Assembly (NCBI RefSeq): GCF_018977255.1
Contig: NW_024704840.1
Coordinates: 124,001-174,303 of the forward strand
DNA from: Callorhinchus milii
Lineage: Eukaryota
Reading direction: 5' to 3'
Length of the DNA stretch: 50,303 bases
Shown in pieces: positions 33,711 to 47,130 of the stretch (positions within the stretch are counted from its first letter, which is position 1; each line of letters opens with the position of its first letter). Position numbers and translations under genes: made by a program. The notes beneath the pieces were generated by a model, which did not search any database, was not told the DNA's origin, and saw only the letters and a program-made list of their open reading frames with translations.

Positions 33711-35355
33711 GTCAGGTGGAGTCCTGTAGCTCAGTATAGAGAGGAATCGCTTCGCTTTGTGCACGTTTCCTTATTCCACGAACAGCTCTGTTCAACGAGC
33801 AGTAAAAGAAGGAACCCGGTTGTTATTCGATTGGCGAATCGATTTCCCAGAAGTAACTACTTCTTCAAAATAATAATATTAATACTGAAGTGTTCACTCA
33901 ATCCAGTGGGACACTGCTGTGAGCAATTGGCTGCCGCGTTTCTCCCACACAATATGCAGTCAACTCGTGTACAGTCTATTCTGAGTAGCGATTTGAAGTG
34001 TCTTGAATACGATATATGGCGCTGTACCAAGTGAATCAATGCAATGAATTTTATTATCATTATTAGATATAATAATGCTACATTCACATAAATAACTTCA
34101 AACGTCTTGCTTCCTTGGGAGTCTCGCCACGTGTGCATGTCCATCTGTGCTGTTTAAATAAGTAGACGTACATCCGAAACAACAACTTTCTTTTTTACAG
34201 CAACATTCGCAACCGGAAAAGATAAGATTAGCCGTGAACTATATGCTGTCAAATATCTCCAACTGTACACGTGCTTTAGCTGCAATCCAACAGCAGATGT
34301 CGCACCAAAACATATATAACATGAGCTGCAACTCAGATAACTTGTCAGGTTCATTTCTGTACCTAATTGACTTGTCAGCAATATCAGATGCTTCCTGTTA
34401 CAGGTGACATACTTCCATCATATACACTGTTACTGGATAAACTGCAATTTACAACGATTTACTTACGGCGTGGCCTTAGGTTACTCAAGAGGCAATTTAA
34501 ATTGCTCATTCTATGTTTTATTGTCTTTCTCCTAAGTAAGAAGTCGCACTTAATGGTGAACAAATGTGCTTCATTTTGTTAGCAGCAATATTTTCGTTTG
34601 TTTTGGTTTCAATGCAGAAGAAGATTAAAGCTGACTTTTTTTCAATATGGTTTAGGTATCTTAGTTTGCAGATTCCTTATTTTGATGCAATGATAAGAAG
34701 GTTTGGCCATCGATAACAATAATAATAATAATAGCAATAATCCTTGCCTTTGATACAGCTCTTTTCAAGTTGGAGGCGGTTCCAAGACTTTAAATGGCAT
34801 TTATGTTAGAAGAAGTGACTGCACATTGTGAGCCAAAATACGAAGCAATATTCAAACATTAATTTCCCCACGAATATTCATAACGTCAATGATCGGTTTT
34901 ATCTGAGTTTTGAGGACAACGCATTCCACACACAGTCCTGTGTTTGACTTTCAGTCGAGACTGTGAGCTCAAAGTGCCGACTTGTCTCCTGAACCAACAA
35001 CATTCTGACTCAGAATAGAAACTACCATCAACAGAGTAAGGTGGTCACCTTAGCCTTGATGATATAAATTAAAGCTTTAATTACTTAGGTCAGACTGCAT
35101 TCTTCAAAATCAGCCAAACTAAAGCAATCACAGCAATGATAATAGACCTTCCACTTTACGCAGCGACTCGTTACTATTCGAGACGTCTCAAGCAGCATCA
35201 CAGAATACAACATAAAGTACATTCTTTGTGGCTGAAAGGCGAATCGATGCTCCCATCCAATTCCAAGCCCATTGGCTCCCAATCGCCAGAAGATCAAATT
35301 TAAGATACTCTGGTGAGTGGGAAACGCCTACAATTGGAGGTAATAAACCAGTGAA

Positions 35356-35363
35356 CACGTCAG
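35356..35363 (-). promoter_or_regulatory. CRE-like CTGACGTG ~100 bp upstream of the V7 ATG (also at 41551-41558 for V9)
   Basis: CACGTCAG conserved in both family D promoters. Confidence 0.5.
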
Positions 35364-35457
35364 ATCAGCCGCTTCCTCACAACTTTTCAGTGAAGCAGCA
35401 ACACAGCGATATACGAAGGAAGAGATTCAGTTATCTGTCCACACCTCAGCAGCCAAC

Positions 35458-36274
35458 ATGACAGCTCTCTGCCAGTTATTGATAGCCATCCTCACCATAG
35501 CCAGTAAGTATGTGTGGACATGCCCAGGGAATGAACTTTACATTATATAATATCAGATTCTTAATGTTTAGAGCACTCACCTCACAAGCGAGAGGACCTG
35601 TGCTCGATTCCCGGGCAACTCGAAATTTCCAGAAAATTTGCCTGAACCTCAAGCCTCTGTTTACCGGCAGTAACTGGGAACCTTGTTGATAGTTGATTCA
35701 GGGATAGCTTTCCGAAGGTAATAATGCATTAAAGAATACATCAATCAACAATAATTTTGTCAATCAATCTATGAAGGTTTGAGCAACACTGCAGCGCTTA
35801 ATTGGCTGCAACTTTTCTCCCTCAAAATATAGAGTCAATTCTCATAATAATGCATTCTGTGTGCGCTTTGAGACGTCCAAACCGTGCGATAACCTGATAC
35901 AGAAATGAAATTATTATTATAATTATTATGATTGCAAATCTCCACTGAACGTTGCTCAGCAAAATGTGTTTTTTTGTTCTTGCAGAAGTCTACGGGCAAG
36001 ATGTGGTAACCCAATATCCTCCCGAGATAACAGATTTTGAAGGACAAAACGTGTCACAGAACTGCAGTTATTCCACAATAAACGCTGCACTCTGGTACAG
36101 GCAATATCCTGATGGAGCTCTTCAGTACTTGTTCAGGATATATGCCTCTGGAAATGTAGACAACCCTCCTGACCGTTTCACTGCCGAGCTGATCAAGGAG
36201 AATAAAGTAATTAACCTGCAGATACTTAGTGCTGTTGTGGGTGACAGCGCTGTGTATTACTGTGCCCTGAACCC
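35458..36274 (+). CDS. TCR alpha/delta V segment V7 (family D); leader 35458-35503, V exon 35986-36274
   Basis: MTALCQLLIAILTIA a|gtaagt; gcag|aa. VYGQDVVTQYP...QNCSYSTINAALWYRQYPDG...DRFTAEL...DSAVYYCALN. Confidence 0.93.
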
Positions 36275-36313
36275 CACACTGTTACAAGAAGGCAGATTCA
36301 CTGTACAAAAACT
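36275..36313 (+). other. 23-RSS of V7
   Basis: CACACTG, 23 nt, ACAAAAACT. Confidence 0.94.
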
Positions 36314-36414
36314 CAGCAGAGAATCATGGCCTCGTCTCACACATTTAAGTTCGTGGTTTGAACAGACTGAAGTGCTTCCACAATTATAACCGGGAGTGTG
36401 GTGTATAGAGTCTG

Positions 36415-36783
36415 TGGAGTCCGGTATTGGTGTGGTTATAGCACTCGTCTGACAAGAGTGTGGACCTGGGTTCGATTCCCCTTCAGGTCAGGGCGGAAAC
36501 TTAGGCAAGTTTCCTTACTCCACCCACTCGCCACGGAGTACCGAGCAATAAGTTGGAATACAGCTGTTAGTCGATTGGGGTATAGTTTTTTTTTCTAGAG
36601 AATATTCCCTTCGTAAAGGAATAATTATAATTTAGTCAATTTACAACAGTTTGTGGGACATTGCTGCGCGCAATTGGCTGCCGCGTTCGCCCACAAATAT
36701 ACATTCAATTCACTTTATAGTGTGTTCTGTGAGGCGCTTTGGGACGTCCTCCCAACGTGAAAAGCGCTATATCAAATGCAAGG

Positions 36784-36817
<34 letters not shown>
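36415..36817 (+). mobile_element. DeuSINE-like SINE (longer type with central segment)
   Basis: Degenerate tRNA head, ggttcgattccc B box, gttagtcgattgg central segment, conserved tail and long (TAT)n. Confidence 0.8.
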
Positions 36818-36819
<2 letters not shown>

Positions 36820-37169
36820 TGCTGTTCGCTGCTGTGTAGAATTGGCTGCCGCGTTTCGCAAACAAAATAAAGCGTCAATTGCCTATCAGGTATATTCAGC
36901 AACATGCTTTGAGACTTCTCGAAGACGTGATAAGGCGCTGGAAATTAACCCAGTGTTAGCTTGCTAACCTCCAGGAGTTACCTAAAATCACACTCAGAGG
37001 ATCCTAAATTTTGCCTCTTGCAAAACTTCAATTAATTTATACACTTTACTGTAGATAATGTGAAGCGCTTTCAGATGTCTTCAAGATGTGTTGAGGCGCT
37101 ATAACAAATGCAAGTAGTATCATTATTGTTAAAACTTTCAGCAACTCAGCAAGCACAAATGGTTATTTC

Positions 37170-37580
37170 AGAGAGACAGAGCGAGACTGAGAGAGAGTGA
37201 GAGAGCGCGAGTGAGTGATAGATANNNNNNNNNNNNNNNNNNNNNNNNNNNNNNNNNNNNNNNNNNNNNNNNNNNNNNNNNNNNNNNNNNNNNNNNNNNN
37301 NNNNNNNNNNNNNNNNNNNNNNNNNNNNNNNNNNNNNNNNNNNNNNNNNNNNNNNNNNNNNNNNNNNNNNNNNNNNNNNNNNNNNNNNNNNNNNNNNNNN
37401 NNNNNNNNNNNNNNNNNNNAGCGAGAGAGAAAAAGAAAGAGAGCGTGAGTGTGTGTGAGAGCGAGAGATAGAGAGAAAAAGAGAGAGGGAGAGTGAGTGA
37501 GAGAGAGACAGAGATAGAGAGAGCGTGAGAGTGATAGAGAGAGAGAGAAAGAGAGAGAGAGAGATGAGAGAGAGAAGGAT
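37170..37580. repeat. (GA)n-rich tract containing an assembly gap (N at 37225-37419)
   Basis: GA repeats on both sides of 195 Ns. Confidence 0.95.
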
Positions 37581-37907
37581 TTCGTTTGCAATATACGGAA
37601 TACTCAATGTGCAGCTTGGAAGCACGGCACTGAATAATAAAAGGAAAACATAAAAAGTAGACTGTTTAAAAATATTGCTACTCTAACCATCACAATTTGT
37701 GTCCCACTGCTATGTGCAATTCGTCGCTTCGTTTTCCCCAAATAAAACGCTGTCACTACACTTGTTAGAATAACCTGTCTAGCCCTTTAAAACGTCTCGT
37801 AGACATGATTAGGCGATATATCACAATATCATTATTGTGTCTCCCAGTTTGATTTGAATCATCATAAGCATGGTCATGGGTTTCCACATATTTCAGATAC
37901 CAGGTTT

Positions 37908-38231
37908 GTGGAGTCCTGTAGCTCAGTGGTTAGAGCACTCGCTTTGCGAGCGAGAGACCTGAGTTCAATTTCAGGCAGAGGGCGAAACCTCGGGCAAGTT
38001 TCCTTACTCCACACAGAGCCTAATAATAATCCTCCAAAACCAAAACCAATAATAAATTGGTCATTTTCAATCTACGACTGTTTGTGTGACACTGCTGTGC
38101 GCAATTGGCTGCCGCGTTCGCCCACAAATATACAGTCAATTCACTTTACAGTGTGTTCTGTGAAGCGCTTTGGGACGTCCTCCCGACGTGAAAAGCGCTA
38201 TATCAAATGCAAGGATTATTATTATTATTAT
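37908..38231 (+). mobile_element. Full-length young DeuSINE-like SINE
   Basis: gtggagtcctgtagctcagtggttagagc head through ...tatatcaaatgcaagga(tta)n. Confidence 0.93.
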
Positions 38232-39224
38232 AACAACAATAAACGTTAATATATGAAGGTTATTCAGCGAAATAATCAGCACAGCAAAATAACTTGTAGT
38301 AATGAATTATGGCAGAAGTTATAATGTTTTGCACTCAAACTCCTCAAACCCAAATGCATAGAGGCCAGAAGGACACTTTCAACTGACTGGGGCAGAGACA
38401 TCTGAGAAATTGCTGACGTCACGTGCCTCTTCCCATTTCGCTTCGAACCCTCTCAATATCTCTTTTAAGCTCATTGCCAAATTGACACTTGCCCCCGGCG
38501 ATGTGAAGCCAACACACATTAGGACATTGCCCAGCCGTCTGTGCACACTCATGCGCTTCCACTTAATATCTCCTCCTGCCTACTTTTGACGATTTATTAT
38601 AAGAATTTTTGCATTTTGAACAGCCCCTTATCTCGCCTCTGAGACATCTTAAACTCTTAGCAGAATATACTCTAATGTGTGGGGATTGTGCATTTCAAGT
38701 ACGAAAGGGGTTATTACCCCCAACAAGGAAATCGACAATCGACTGACAACAAATTTCCGAGTTGATGCTTGGTGCACCGTTGTGTGTGGGGAGTAAGGAA
38801 ACTTGGCCAACATTTTACATTGACGGGAATCGAACACAGATCTCTCGCTTGTGTGGCGAGGGCGTTAAGCAGTAAGCTCCAGGACTCCACGGATGGCACA
38901 CATTTGTTGAACTCATGTATGCGTTTTGGATGAACGGGTGTAACTTACTGCAGGTGTCAGACACTCAGCTAAACAAATGAATGTCAGCGATGGAAGAGAA
39001 CCAATGGAGGAGCGAGATGGCAGAGCAGAGAAGATGACGGACAGTGACAGAGACACAACGTTTGTACATAACGCTCAGACCTGCTCCCTCACAGTATATG
39101 CCAACTTCTGTGTGTCATTTCCTGATCAGCCCTCCTCTCAGTGTCTTACTGACTCCCAGCCAAAATTCTCCAACTACACAATCAACGATCTCTCAACGCC
39201 CCGCGCCATTAAATATATAAGAAC

Positions 39225-40019
39225 ATGTATATCTATTGGGCAGCAGCCATCATTACCTTGTTAGGTAAGCGATAAACTCCCTCGTTAAGTCTGGTCCCTG
39301 CAAATAAAATCTAATGCTTATGTTTTATTGCATACAATAACCAATATGCTGCAGGGCTTTAGCGGTCGACTGGCGGCACAGGTTAAAACCTTCGGCAAGT
39401 ATGCTTACTCCACACACAAGCCGGTGTTGACCTACCAATACGTAGGCTTCCGATTATAAGTCGATCCGCAGATGCCTTTTGTGGTGTGATAAACCTTTNT
39501 AAAAAATTACCTATGATAATATGTGCTCGCCATCCAGAATTTCTGTGCGCATACGATGCGGTGCTTTGCCCAGTAAATACACTTAATGTGAATTACATGA
39601 AGCGCTTGGACATCTCCAATCTGTGATAAGTCGCTATATGAATTGAAAGCTTTCTCAACGTGATTTTAATTATTGTATTGAATGTTGTTGCATTGTGTCT
39701 GTTTCCCAGGATATTGTGGAGGTGATTCAGTGACACAGCTCGAAACTTCTTTAACAGTGAATGAAGGGGAGGATGTTACTCTGCAGTGTAATTACACAAC
39801 TACAAGCACCAGTCCCTATCTGTTCTGGTACCGTCACTATCCCAACAGAGCTCCAGAATATATCCTTAGAAAAGACACCAGCAACAAGTTCCCGGACCAC
39901 GCGGACTTTGCAAAACAACGTTTCTCAACGAATGTGTCTAAAGAGGAGAGAACCGCCCCAATAAATATATTCCAAATGAGAGTTGCAGACTCCGCGAGGT
40001 ACTACTGTGCATTGAGCCC
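39225..40019 (+). CDS. TCR alpha/delta V segment V8 (family C); leader 39225-39264, V exon 39710-40019
   Basis: MYIYWAAAIITLL g|gtaagc (the first ATG of its paralogues is lost, the second is kept); ccag|ga. YCGGDSVTQL...QCNYTTTSTSPYLFWYRHY...DSARYYCALS. Confidence 0.92.
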
Positions 40020-40058
40020 CACAGAGGTACAGATCAGCGATTCCGCCCTACAAAAACT
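40020..40058 (+). other. 23-RSS of V8
   Basis: CACAGAG, 23 nt, ACAAAAACT. Confidence 0.94.
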
Positions 40059-41652
40059 GCCACTTGGAGTCCTGTAGCTCAGAAGTTACACCACTCCCCT
40101 CGAAAGCAGCAACCAAGCGAGATACTTGCGTTCGATTCAAGGCAAAGCGCTTCGAGGCGTTTCGAAGATGTGATTTGGCACTGTAAAAAAAGCAAAGGTT
40201 CTTATTATCATTAAATACGATCATGTTATTTTCACAGAAATAACTTCATATATTTTTTTTCGGGTGGGACCTGCATCTGGAAGTGTCTTCCTCTGCTATT
40301 TGAACAAGGAGGAAAAAATTTGAAACTTTAAATTTAATTTACGTAGCGACATTCATAACGGGAAAGTTATGACGGGCCGAAATCAATTTGCTATCAACTG
40401 TGTCCAAATGTACATGTGCTGTAACTCCAATCCAACAGCAGAAATCGCACGAAAGACACACATAACATGAGCAGCGACTGACATAACTTCTCACGTTCAT
40501 TTCTGTAACTAACATCCTTGGCAGCAATAACAGGTGCTTCCTCTTACATTTGACATAGTTTCCTGATATGCACTGCTGCTACTTCAGCTGAAGTGTAAAA
40601 CCTTTGAAACATTATTATCACAAAACTTAGGTTGCTCAAGAAACATTATTTGCATCACTTTTTATAGGTGTTGTCTTTGTCCAACACTAGCAGCCACCCT
40701 TAAGTGGATCTCACTGCGGTAATAAATATGTTAATTTTTGTTAAGATCAATATGGTCCTTTATATTGGTTTAGCTTGAAAAAGAGATTACAACCGACATA
40801 TTTTAATTTAATTTAAGAATTGAAGAACTATTCCGTACAGCCTGTGAGATGAAACTGCCAAACTGGGTCCAAAACCAACAACATTCAGACGCATAAAAGC
40901 AAGTACCAGTAACAGAGGCAGATTTTCACCTCAGCCACGATGAGAGAAAGTAAACTTTTTTCTAAAGCTGGGCTGCTTGGTTCAAAATCAACCATGTGAA
41001 TGCATTCAGATCAATAATGAAAATAAAAATGAGCATTTCATATGGAACCATATTGCGTCATGGAGACGTCTGAAAGCGCTTCAAAGAATATACTTTAAAA
41101 CAAAATTGTGAGTGGGTGAAACGCGACTACTCACTTCCTGGCCCAGAACCTCTGGTCTCCAATCTGCAGCAGATCAACTTCGTGATCCTCACAGGCGAAA
41201 ATAACATCAACAGAGAAATGTTGTCACCTCAGCCTTGATGTCAGAACGTAAACCTTTATCCCCTCAAAGCTCTGCTGCATGTCTCAACCATTCATCAACT
41301 TAATAAATGCATTCATTTTAACAATAAAGGTTAAAATAAAAATAAAGTTTTCATTTGATGTAGTGACTGATCACATCTTACAGACATCGCAAAGCGGTTC
41401 ACGTAATACATTGTAAGGAACAATGGATGAAAAGTTTGTCAATGTTCCCATCCAAGCCCTGAACCTTTGGCTCCCAGTCGCCATCAGATCAAGTTCAAGT
41501 TCCTCTGGTTAGTGGGAAACGCCTACAATTGTAAAAAATAAACCATTTAACACGTCAGATCAGCCGCTGCCTCACAACTTGTCGCTGAAGCAGCGACACA
41601 GCGATATACAAAGGAAGAGATCCCATTATCTGTCCACACCTCAGCAGCCAAC

Positions 41653-42429
41653 ATGACAGCTCACTGCCAGTTACTGATAGCCATCCTCACCATAGCCAGT
41701 AAGTATGTGTGGACATGCACAGCGCATGATTTTTACATCATAAACATTCCGAAGCATAATGTTTAGAGAGGTCGCCTCACCAGCGAGAGAACCCGAGTTT
41801 GGTTGCAGGGCAATGAAACCTTTCAATGCGTTTGCTGACACCCACCAATCTGTTTCCACAGCATTAAGTAGGAAACATGTTGATAGTCTATTCCCCGATC
41901 GCTATCGGAGGTCAATAACCCATTATCGTATAAATCAATTTACAATAATATCGGTGAAATACTGTGGTGTTCAATACTCTGCTCAGTTTCGCCAAAAATA
42001 TAATCAATTCGCTTTGCAATATATTCTGTGGTTTCTTTGAGACTGATGTACTGTGCGGTAACGTGCTCTGTAAAGTGGATAAAAGCAAATTATAAGTTGC
42101 TCAGAAAAATGTGTTGCTCTTGTTCTTGCAGAAGTTAGCGGGCAAGATGTTGTATCACAGTATCCTCGCGAGAAAACAGAAATTGAAGGGCAAGACGTGA
42201 TACTAAACTGCAATATTTCAAGATTGAATACTGTCTTCTGGTACAGGCAAAACTCGGGCGGAGCTCTTCAATACGCGCTCAGGATATTAACCACTGGAAC
42301 GGTAAACAAATCTCCTGATCTACCTGAACGTTTCACTGCTGAGCTGATCAACAAGAATAAAGTAACTAAGCTGCAGATACTCGGGGCTGTTGTGGGTGAC
42401 AGCGCTGTGTATTACTGTGCCCTGGATCC
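41653..42429 (+). CDS. TCR alpha/delta V segment V9 (family D); leader 41653-41698, V exon 42132-42429
   Basis: MTAHCQLLIAILTIA a|gtaagt; gcag|aa. VSGQDVVSQYP...LNCNISRLNTVFWYRQNSGG...ERFTAEL...DSAVYYCALD. Confidence 0.93.
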
Positions 42430-42468
42430 CACACTGTTACAGGAAGGCACATACCCCGTACAAAAACT
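42430..42468 (+). other. 23-RSS of V9
   Basis: CACACTG, 23 nt, ACAAAAACT. Confidence 0.94.
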
Positions 42469-43167
42469 CAGCAGAAAGTCATGACTTCCGCTCACGTATT
42501 TAATTTGGTGCTTTCAACAAACTGATGTGGTTATACAGTATTAACAAGGAGAGTGGTGTAAACAGGCTGTGCTGTCTTGTTGTGTATGGGATTAAGCAGT
42601 CGTTTTGCAAGCTGGGGGAACCGGTTTCTTTAGNAAAAAACGCTTTTTCCTGCCAGCAGACAGCGGTTGAACATAACAACAAAAGAGAACTAATGCAGCA
42701 GAATGTAGCCCAAAATAGACATACCTCACCAAGTCTTGTCTCTTGCCTGTCAGCACCCAGTAATCTGTTAAATTAAGCAAACACTATGCGTTCCTCCAGG
42801 GAGAAAGAGAAAATTCGTTTCCATAGGCACATTTGCACGCGAAAATGGCATATATGTGGAACTGTTGAATGGGTTTTCGTGAACTGGAATATGGTTGTAA
42901 CTTGGTTCAGACACAATGCTTAACAAAGACATGTCACTGATGGAAGAGAACCATTGGATGAGTTAGATGGCAGAGCAGAGAAGGTGACGCACAACGACAG
43001 AGACACAAGGTTTGTACATAACATTCAGACCTGCTCCCTCACAGAATATGACAACTTCTGTATGTTATTTCCTGTTTAGCTCTCCTCACGGTATCTTACA
43101 TCCTCCCAGCCAACTTTCTCCAACTCCACCCTCAACGCTCTCACAACGTCCCGTGACATTAATACAT

Positions 43168-44016
43168 ATGACAATGTATGTCTATGTGGTAGCAGTGATC
43201 ATTACCTTGTCAGGTAAGCGACAAACTCGCTCTATTAGTCTGCTTCATTTGCATATTTTCCAATGAATATATATTTTTGCATTACATAACCAATACGGTA
43301 CACGACTCATGCATTCCTGCAGCAAACGTGTTGATTTGGGTTTAGTTCCCGGCTTGGACATAGCGAAACCTCAGGCAAGTTTCCTTCTTCCAGAAACGCA
43401 CCACTTTTTACATCGAGATATGTAGGTACCCGTTCGTTGGTCGATCGTCGGATCAGTTTTCGGTGTTAATAATCGCTTAACAGGCAACAGTAATAATAAT
43501 GCTGTCAGTCAATCCATGACTTTTTATTAGGAGAATGTTGTGCGCAATTTGCTGCCACGTGTCGCCCACACAATACACATTCTCAGAATATTCTATGAAG
43601 CATTTGGAGACGCAATGATGTAGTATGGCGCTGTATGAAAAGCAATAATTTGTATAATGATTATTGTTATGGTATTGAACGCTGATATGGGTCTGGTTCC
43701 CAGGATATTGTGGAGGAGACGCTGTGACACAGCTCCAATCTACTGTGACAGTGACTGAAGGGGAGGATGTTTACCTGCAGTGCAATTATACAGCTACAAG
43801 CGGCTACAATACGGATCTGTTCTGGTACCGTCACTTTCCCAACAAATCTCCAGAATATATCCTTAGCACAGACAACAACAACAGGATCAAGAAAGGCGCG
43901 GACTTTGCAGAAGAACGTTTCTCAACGAATGTGTCTATAGCGGAGAGAACCGTCCCATTAAATATATTGCAAGTGAGAGTTAGAGACTCCGCGGGGTATT
44001 ACTGTGCACTGAGCCC
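43168..44016 (+). CDS. TCR alpha/delta V segment V10 (family C); leader 43168-43213, V exon 43704-44016
   Basis: MTMYVYVVAVIITLS g|gtaagc; ccag|ga. YCGGDAVTQL...QCNYTATSGYNTDLFWYRHF...ADFAEERFS...DSAGYYCALS. Confidence 0.93.
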
Positions 44017-44055
44017 CACAGAGGCACAGATCAGCGGTTCCGCCCTACAAAAACT
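44017..44055 (+). other. 23-RSS of V10
   Basis: CACAGAG, 23 nt, ACAAAAACT. Confidence 0.94.
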
Positions 44056-46699
44056 GCCATGTGGGTTCCTGTGGCTCAGTGGTTACAGCACATGCCTCAC
44101 AAGCGATAGACGTTGGTTCAATGACCTGCAGAACGAATCATTGCGCAACTTTCCTTATTCCACACACTGGGCTCTGGTTACCAGCAGCAAATAGGAAGCA
44201 GGTTGTTAATCGTTTGGAGTATCGATTTTTCAGAGTCAATAATTCCTTCTGAATAATAGTGTTGATAATAAATTGGTCACTTCATCCAATGAGACACCGA
44301 TATATACAATGTGCTGCCGTGCTTCGTCCACACAGCCACTGCCACGCTGCGTCACTCAATCACTGCCCCTCACACTATGCAGTCAATTCGTTTACTGCAT
44401 ATTGAATGAAGCACTGAGTGGCGTCTCGAAGATGTGATATGGCGCTGTATCAAATGCAACTATTATTATTGTTGTTATTAACTGTAGTCATGTTATCATT
44501 CCAGTAATATTTAAAAATGTCTTGCATTCTGGGGAGCGCTGCCATGTGCAATATTCTTACTATGCTGCATTAGTAAGTAAGAAAACATCAAAGCAAACAA
44601 TTTCCTTTTATATTGCTTAAACAAAAACTATTTCCTCTATCTATAGAGAAACTGTTACTTCTGGCTTTTGGGGAAATGCAGAATAAGGGTGTATTAGAGC
44701 CAGTCCAGTTAGCAGAAAAATGGTAGGAAAAAATTACGAAAAATTTAAGGAAACCTGGAAAACTTCCACAAGGAATCTGGAGAGGTTGGTTCCATTCATA
44801 TTTTGCCGACTTAGTTGGATACATTCATTTTAGCTCAGAATTTCAAGGGTTACGGAGAAAAGATTAGAATATGTGTTGAGAGATAAATCAGCCATGATGT
44901 AATATAACGTTGGAACAAACTCAAGGACCTGATGGTCTGCTCCTGTTCCTATTTAGCGCTATCCACGTATGGGAGCGTCTTGGCGAGTCACTAAAGAAAC
45001 GAAACAATTTAGTGTATTGAAGTTAAAGAAGAATGAACATTACATTTCATTTAAAGTCTAGTGAGCACATTTGACTTGCGACGAAGTCCTGATGTGAACT
45101 GATTGAATAAGTGTCAATATGTTGTCACTCTGGTGCAAAATGCTCCAAGTCAGTTAATTGTTCAGTCAAACGATATAATCGACGAAATAATAAGGCAAGG
45201 AAATGAATAGAAATGGAGGAGCAAGTGGCACAGCAAGTGTTAGCAGAGAGACACGTCAATGTAAAAGAATGTGAATGACACTAAATATCCGAATGTTCCA
45301 GAGAGGAATAGAAAATAAGGGGAACGAGCAGGGAAATTAGACTAATGCACAAACATCCTGTGGAGAAGATAGCACCAAGGAAAGGCAAGACGGGCCCAAA
45401 ATAATTATGCTATGAAACCTCTCCTATTGTGTACGTGTTGTAGCTATAATCCACCAGCATATGGCGCACTAAATAAAAACACAAATAACATGAGCTGCAA
45501 CTCACATAACACGTCACGCGCCTTTGTGTAACTACCTTCATTTGCAGCAGTAACAGGTGCTTCCTGTTGCAGTTGACATATTTCACTCACACACTATTGC
45601 TGCTTCAACAGATATTTACAAATATTTGCCTAAAGTATTAATACAAGGCCTAGGTTGCTCATGAAACAATTTCTATCTCACCTATTTTCTATTATTGCCT
45701 TTACTTTCGATTAGCAGCCGCTCTTAAATTGTTTTCTCTGCGGTATAGCAATTCTCTGTTGACATTTGTTTACAGTATCGGCTTCTGCCAACCTTTCAGG
45801 CAATGCATTCAAGATCAGAACCACTGACAGTGTGAAAAAAAAATCTGCTCCTCACAGTTTGTTCAGGCAACGACATTAAACGTGAACATTGAGCTATTTA
45901 ATACGTTTATTACTATGCAATTTAAAAAGATCATTGATATGTCATCCCGCAACTGAAACATTCAAAAGCGACCAAACTGCTCACTGTGAAATACAGATTG
46001 GATTATGTTCTGCTGTTCTGGTCTGACACTCTAGAGCAGGCCTGGCTGTCAGTATTGTTGGTGAAGCTTGTCCTACCGAGGAGATATTAAACCCAGGCCC
46101 AGGCGGCTTGCATGAAGGGACTATAGTGATGCCATTGCAATGCTCGAGAAAGTTTTCAACCGGTGTCTGGACAGACTTTCCATCAGTTAAATTCATCTTT
46201 CATTCATAGCTGTTCGTAGGAAAGTGTTGCATACAAATTGTTTGAGGAGGTTAGAGGCGTATCGACTAAACGACAAGGCTGTATTTGATAAAAGCATTTC
46301 TGAACCCGAACACTAAAAACATTAGTAAGGGCATATCTTATTCAACATTGTAATCATAACGATAATAAAAGCAAAAGTTGCATTTGATATACTGCAATAT
46401 TATGTCATTGAGACGTCTCAGAGCACTTCACAGAAAACGCTGAAAAGTGTAGTGACTATATTTTTTTATGCCAATTGAGTACAGCAGTATCCCACAAAAT
46501 GTTGTGGTTTGAGTTCCCTTAATTTGCGGCACTGTGAGAGTGGGTGAGAGTGGCGTGTGGGGTGGANGGGGGATGGTTTGGATGGGTCGTTAGAATATGT
46601 GGGCCAAACTTGGTAGCCAACTGTGTAAAACAGCGGCCCAACATTGTTGTGAATTGAATGACCTGATTGTGTGGCACTTCGTGTGTTTGTGTGGTGGGA

Positions 46700-47130
46700 G
46701 TGGAGGGGGCGGAGCTCTGTGTGGGCGGGGCGGAGTAATGCAACGGCAGTGATTGGGCGATGCGGCTCAGTGCGGGCGGGGCAGCGACTGAGTGACGTAG
46801 CTCTGTGGAAGTGGCAGAGGCTTCGTGGGCGGGGCTCTGTGTGGGCGGGGCGCTGTCCATTAGCGGCAGTGATTGGGCGATGCGGCTCTGTGCGGGCAGG
46901 GCAGTGACTGAGTGACGTAGCTTTGTGGGCGTGGCGGTGGCTGTGTGGGCGGGGCTCAGTGCGGGCGGGGCAGTGGCTGATTGACGTAGCTCTGTATGCG
47001 TGGCAGTGACTGTGTGGGCGGGGCTCTGTGTGGGCGGGGCAGTGATTGAGCGACGTAGATTTGTGGGCGTGGCAATGACTGTGTGAGCCGGGCTCTCTTT
47101 GTGGGCGGGGATGTAACTGTGTGGCTACTG
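46700..47130 (+). promoter_or_regulatory. Tandem GC-box/CRE/CCAAT array directly upstream of the V11 leader
   Basis: About 10 GGGCGG, 3 TGACGT and 2 ATTGG motifs in internally repeated units (46721-46840 resembles 46841-46960); ends ~60 bp before ATG 47187. Regulatory function is inferred. Confidence 0.5.
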
